Source of the DNA: Octopus sinensis
Taxonomy: Eukaryota
DNA: 64,000 nucleotides
Direction: 5' to 3'
Assembly (NCBI RefSeq): GCF_006345805.1
Contig: NW_021832279.1
Span: 48,286 to 112,285, forward strand
The translations under genes and the position numbers were made by a program. A model generated the notes under the pieces. It had not been told where the DNA came from and did no database searches. It worked only from the letters and a program-made list of their open reading frames with translations. The first letter of the stretch is position 1. Every line of letters starts with the position of its first letter. Shown piece after piece: positions 63,370 through 64,000 of this stretch.

Positions 63370-64000
63370 ATGAACGATGACGTTATTACTGACAATTATG
63401 AGTTAGCCAAAAAATCTGCTTCTACAACGGCAGTAATACATACTTAAAAGTTTATCTTATAAAGTAATTTAAATAGTCAGATTCAAAAGTTGGTCTTGGG
63501 ACTGGAAGCACGGCTTATTACGTGGCCGAACATATCTCCCACCTTCTGTCAGAGAGAAAAGTCACAAACCTGATTTTTAATCCCACTTCGGTCGAGGCTC
63601 ATCGAGTTGCACGTGAAATGAACCTGAAAGTTGGGGATATTAACGATTGTCGATTCTGTGGACATTACTTTCGATGGCTGTGACGAGTGCGATCAGAATT
63701 TGACTCTTCTCAAGGGAGGAGGAGGCTGCCATGTCCAGAAAAAGTCGTGGGGTCGATTTCTAAATTTTACGTCGTTGTCGGTGACTCGAGAAAACCTTGT
63801 CAAAAGATTGGGCGAGACGTGGAAAAGGGAATTCCCTCGAAGTTTTAAAGTTTGTGTTGACCTTGTTTCGAGAAGATTGTCAAGGCTCTAGGAGGCACTG
63901 CAACGGTCAGATATACAGGAAAGGCAAAGTGTGGGCCAGTAGTGACGGATAACGGCAATTATATAATTGATTGGGTGTTCCCGTGCGGATTCATTTAGAT
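63370..64000 (+). pseudogene. RPIA: Second, indel-rich copy of RPIA, cut by the window end
   Basis: Colinear with 2300-2980. Confidence 0.8.

Overview
Eukaryotic, AT-rich, transposon-saturated 64-kb window. The housekeeping genes look animal-like and are split by 22-30 nt spliceosomal micro-introns: NUDCD1, RPIA, a disrupted POLK, TRMT112, CPSF4 and an SFT2-domain gene. This fits a highly reduced parasitic metazoan (dicyemid-like; inference only). The rest is mostly mobile DNA: CRE-like, RTE, I/Jockey-like and R4/Dong-like non-LTR elements, hAT, pogo and Ginger-type TIR transposons, and Helitron/Helentron ends with a ~95-bp minisatellite. There is also an orphan, 5'-truncated, very divergent 28S rRNA, a 74-bp satellite, and a ~7.1-kb tandem macro-repeat. 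The last ~2.9 kb repeat the first ~2.98 kb (period ~61.1 kb). Best leads: (1) a near-intact hAT-like transposon with perfect TIRs and an 8-bp TSD in the helix-44 GTPase-centre loop of 28S; (2) five unrelated or distinct DNA transposons whose transposase genes carry host-sized 22-26 nt introns; (3) Ginger termini clustering at one palindrome of the satellite, with array inversions across them; (4) a 9.4-kb block bounded by inverted Helentron-like ends. Many frameshifts lie in homopolymers and may be long-read errors. All identifications are by eye and from memory of protein families; no searches were run.
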